NCBI GenBank assembly: GCA_963843845.1
Contig: CAWJMB010000002.1
Location: 2,688,001 to 2,752,000 of the forward strand
Source of the DNA: an uncultured Gemmatimonadaceae bacterium
GTDB lineage: Bacteria; Gemmatimonadota; Gemmatimonadetes; Gemmatimonadales; Gemmatimonadaceae
Direction: 5' to 3'
Length of the DNA: 64,000 nt
Part shown: in pieces, positions 61,934-64,000 of the stretch
Layout: every line of letters starts with the position of its first letter
Numbering within the stretch: the stretch's first letter is position 1
Translations under genes and position numbers: made by a program
The notes under the pieces: model-generated
The model's input: only the letters and a program-made list of their open reading frames with translations
What the model was told of the DNA's origin: nothing
Database searches by the model: none

Positions 61934-63235
61934 TTGCCCACGACCTCCGATCTCCCCACCGGCGGCGTTCGCGCTGCGACGAGCGGCCGCGGCCCCGCGG
62001 TTCGTGCGCTCGTCGCGCTGATCGCGGGGCTCGCGCTCGGCATCGCGGTCGTCTCGTCCGGCTCGGCGACGGCGGCGCGCGCCGTGTCGTGGATCGAGCC
62101 GCTCGGCACGCTCTGGGTGAACGCGATCCGCATGACGATCATCCCACTGATCGTCTCGTCGCTGCTCGTCGCGGTCGCTGCCGCCGGAGGGCGCGCCGTC
62201 GGGCGGCTCGGCGTACGGGCATTCGTCATCTTCGTCGCGCTGCTGTCGCTCGTCGCGCTCGTGACGACGCTGCTCGCGCCGCCGCTGTTCGCACGGCTCG
62301 TCGTCGACCCGGCGGCCGCGCAGTCGATCCGCGCCGCGGCGACGGCGGTGGATCGCCCCGAGCTCCCGACGTTCGTCGGCTGGCTCGTGTCGCTCGTGCC
62401 GGCGAATCCGATCAGGGCGGCGGCCGACGGCGCGATGCTGCCGCTCATCGTGTTCACGCTGACGTTCGCGCTCGCGCTCGGGCGCCTCGCGGAGGAGACG
62501 CGCGGCGCGGTCGTGCTGTTCTTCCAGGGCGTCGCCGACGCGATGACCGTCGTCGTGCAGTGGGTGCTCGCCGCCGCGCCGCTCGGCGTGTTCGCGCTCG
62601 CGGTCGGGCTGGCGACGCGGCTGGGCGCGGGTGTCGTCGGCGCCGTGGCGTTCTACCTCGCGGCACACTCGGCCCTCATCGTCGTGGCGATCGCGCTGGT
62701 CTACGTCGTCGTGGCGGCGTTCGGCGGCGTCTCGCCGCTGCGCTTCGCGCGGGCGGCGCTCCCGGCGCAGATCGTCGCGGCGACGACGCGCTCGTCGATG
62801 GCCGCGCTGCCGTCCGCGTTCACGGCGGCGGAGCAGGCGCTGGGGTTGCCGCGCGCGGTCACGAGCTTCGCGCTGCCGCTCGCCGTCTCGGTGTTCCGAC
62901 TGAACCAGGCGGTGTCGTGGGTGGCGATGGCGCTGTTCGCGTCGAAGCTCTACGGCGTCCCGTTAGGCACCGAGCAGGTCGTGTCGCTGGCCGTGACGTC
63001 GGTGCTCATGAGCTTCAGCGTGCCCGGAATCCCGAGCGGGTCGCTCTTCGTCGTCGCGCCGTTCTTCGCGGCCGTGGGCATCCCGCCGGAGAGCGTGGGG
63101 GTGCTCATCGCGCTCGACCTCGTTCCCGATCTGTTCAAGACACCGCTCAACGTGACGGGGCACATCGCCTCGGTCGCGCTCCTCGCGCGCGGCGAGCGCG
63201 CGGTGCGCGAGGTGCGCGAGGTGCGCGGCACCTGA
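61934..63235 (+). CDS. Dicarboxylate/amino acid:cation symporter (DAACS); start uncertain
   Basis: LWVNAIRMTIIPLIVSSL, LVPANP, APLGVFAL, TRSSMAALP, PGIPSG, LFKTPLNVTGH. Confidence 0.9.
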   Translation: MPTTSDLPTGGVRAATSGRGPAVRALVALIAGLALGIAVVSSGSATAARAVSWIEPLGTLWVNAIRMTIIPLIVSSLLVAVAAAGGRAVGRLGVRAFVIFVALLSLVALVTTLLAPPLFARLVVDPAAAQSIRAAATAVDRPELPTFVGWLVSLVPANPIRAAADGAMLPLIVFTLTFALALGRLAEETRGAVVLFFQGVADAMTVVVQWVLAAAPLGVFALAVGLATRLGAGVVGAVAFYLAAHSALIVVAIALVYVVVAAFGGVSPLRFARAALPAQIVAATTRSSMAALPSAFTAAEQALGLPRAVTSFALPLAVSVFRLNQAVSWVAMALFASKLYGVPLGTEQVVSLAVTSVLMSFSVPGIPSGSLFVVAPFFAAVGIPPESVGVLIALDLVPDLFKTPLNVTGHIASVALLARGERAVREVREVRGT

Positions 63236-63243
63236 CGCGGTCG

Positions 63244-64000
63244 CTACCGCGCGAGGCGCTCCCGGAGCGTCGCAGCGCGGGCGGCGGTTCGGTCGGCGAA
63301 GCAGGGCACGCGCGCTGCGCCCCACCGCGACCCGGGCCCCGCCGGCGCACTGAGGCGACATACCCGATCGCGTTCGCTCACCCACGCACGCTGCTCGGCG
63401 CGCAGCGCCTCCTCGGCCCGCGCCCCGCCGCGCAGGCGCACCTCGGCGATCAGCGCGCGATACGTGCGGTTGAGCGCGACGTCGTTGCGAGCGATCGCGG
63501 CGAGCAGGCAGGCCTCCTGGTCGTCGTTCGCGGCGGAGTCGCAGCGCGCGTCACCGTACGTGGCCGATCCCGTCGGCACGCGCGGCACCGTCGGCGCGGT
63601 AGGTGCCGGCACGCGCGCCGGGACCCGCTGCGGGGTCGCGCGCGGCGGCGTCGTGCGCTGCGGGGTCGCGCGCGGCGAGGTCGCGCGCTGCGGCGCCGAG
63701 GGCGGCGGCGCCGAGGGCGGCGGCGTCGCGCGTGACCGGCCGGGACGCACGGTGGTCGGTCGCGACAGCGGCGGCGGTGCGGCCAGGTCGACGCCGCCGC
63801 CGGCCGTCTCGCGCACCGTCGCGCGCGGCGCGGGCACCGGGATCGGCTCGACGTCCTGCGCGGGCGGCGCTCCCGCCGTCGCGGCGACGAGCAGCGAGTC
63901 GAGGGCCGGGTCCGCGGCGATGACGGCGCGTGGGTCGCGCCGGGACGTGAGCGCGAACGCCGCGATCACCACCAGCAGCAGCGCGACCGCGCCGCCGACC
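63244..64000 (-). CDS. Membrane-anchored protein with Pro-rich linker and C-terminal LprI/DUF1311-like domain; 5' end outside the window
   Basis: TM at the window edge, PPSAP/ATPQR repeats, then CDSAANDDQEAC...LNRTYRAL...LRAEQRAWVSERDRVC...C. Confidence 0.75.
   Translation of the reverse strand, partial: VGGAVALLLVVIAAFALTSRRDPRAVIAADPALDSLLVAATAGAPPAQDVEPIPVPAPRATVRETAGGGVDLAAPPPLSRPTTVRPGRSRATPPPSAPPPSAPQRATSPRATPQRTTPPRATPQRVPARVPAPTAPTVPRVPTGSATYGDARCDSAANDDQEACLLAAIARNDVALNRTYRALIAEVRLRGGARAEEALRAEQRAWVSERDRVCRLSAPAGPGSRWGAARVPCFADRTAARAATLRERLAR

Noticed and set aside
7034..62968. bldA-style TTA codon regulation as the explanation for the octamer
   Set aside because: The flanking bases are fixed and the motif also occurs in stops and intergenic DNA, which a codon-only mechanism does not predict; disfavoured, not excluded.

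Overview
High-GC bacterial chromosomal window. Gene order and protein style suggest Gemmatimonadota (inference). No rRNA, tRNA, CRISPR array, IS element or prophage was seen. Left half (mostly minus strand): sigma-54 regulator, mogA/moaB, gcvT, bcp, argF, hslU-hslV, a GHL10 hydrolase, xerC, trmFO, topA, DUF494, aroK, aroC, then a type IV pilus locus (820-aa lipoprotein, pilQPONM, three minor pilins, a second kinase, pilA with a sigma-54 promoter, pilR, pilS). Right half: mixed genes including CNNM/HlyC, arfB, CHAD-CYTH, hslR, RidA, a DSD1-like PLP enzyme, dinB, MOSC, FUSC, a zinc protease, ALDH, a radical SAM/DUF4130 repair pair, ppc, a GMC oxidase and a DAACS symporter. About a dozen single-base frameshifts in otherwise intact genes look like sequencing/assembly errors. 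Most notable observations: (1) the octamer CGTTAGGC occurs at least 17 times plus one variant, nearly always in transcript sense; (2) a shared GTTCGG-N5-ATTCGG box overlaps the likely -10 elements of dinB and of the radical SAM repair operon, a candidate SOS-type operator; (3) DUF4130 is fused to DUF72; (4) a small protein has two Zn-ribbon/PDF-like repeats and an SSB-type DDDDLPF tail, a candidate non-OB-fold ssDNA-binding protein. All calls are from manual reading; no database searches were run.
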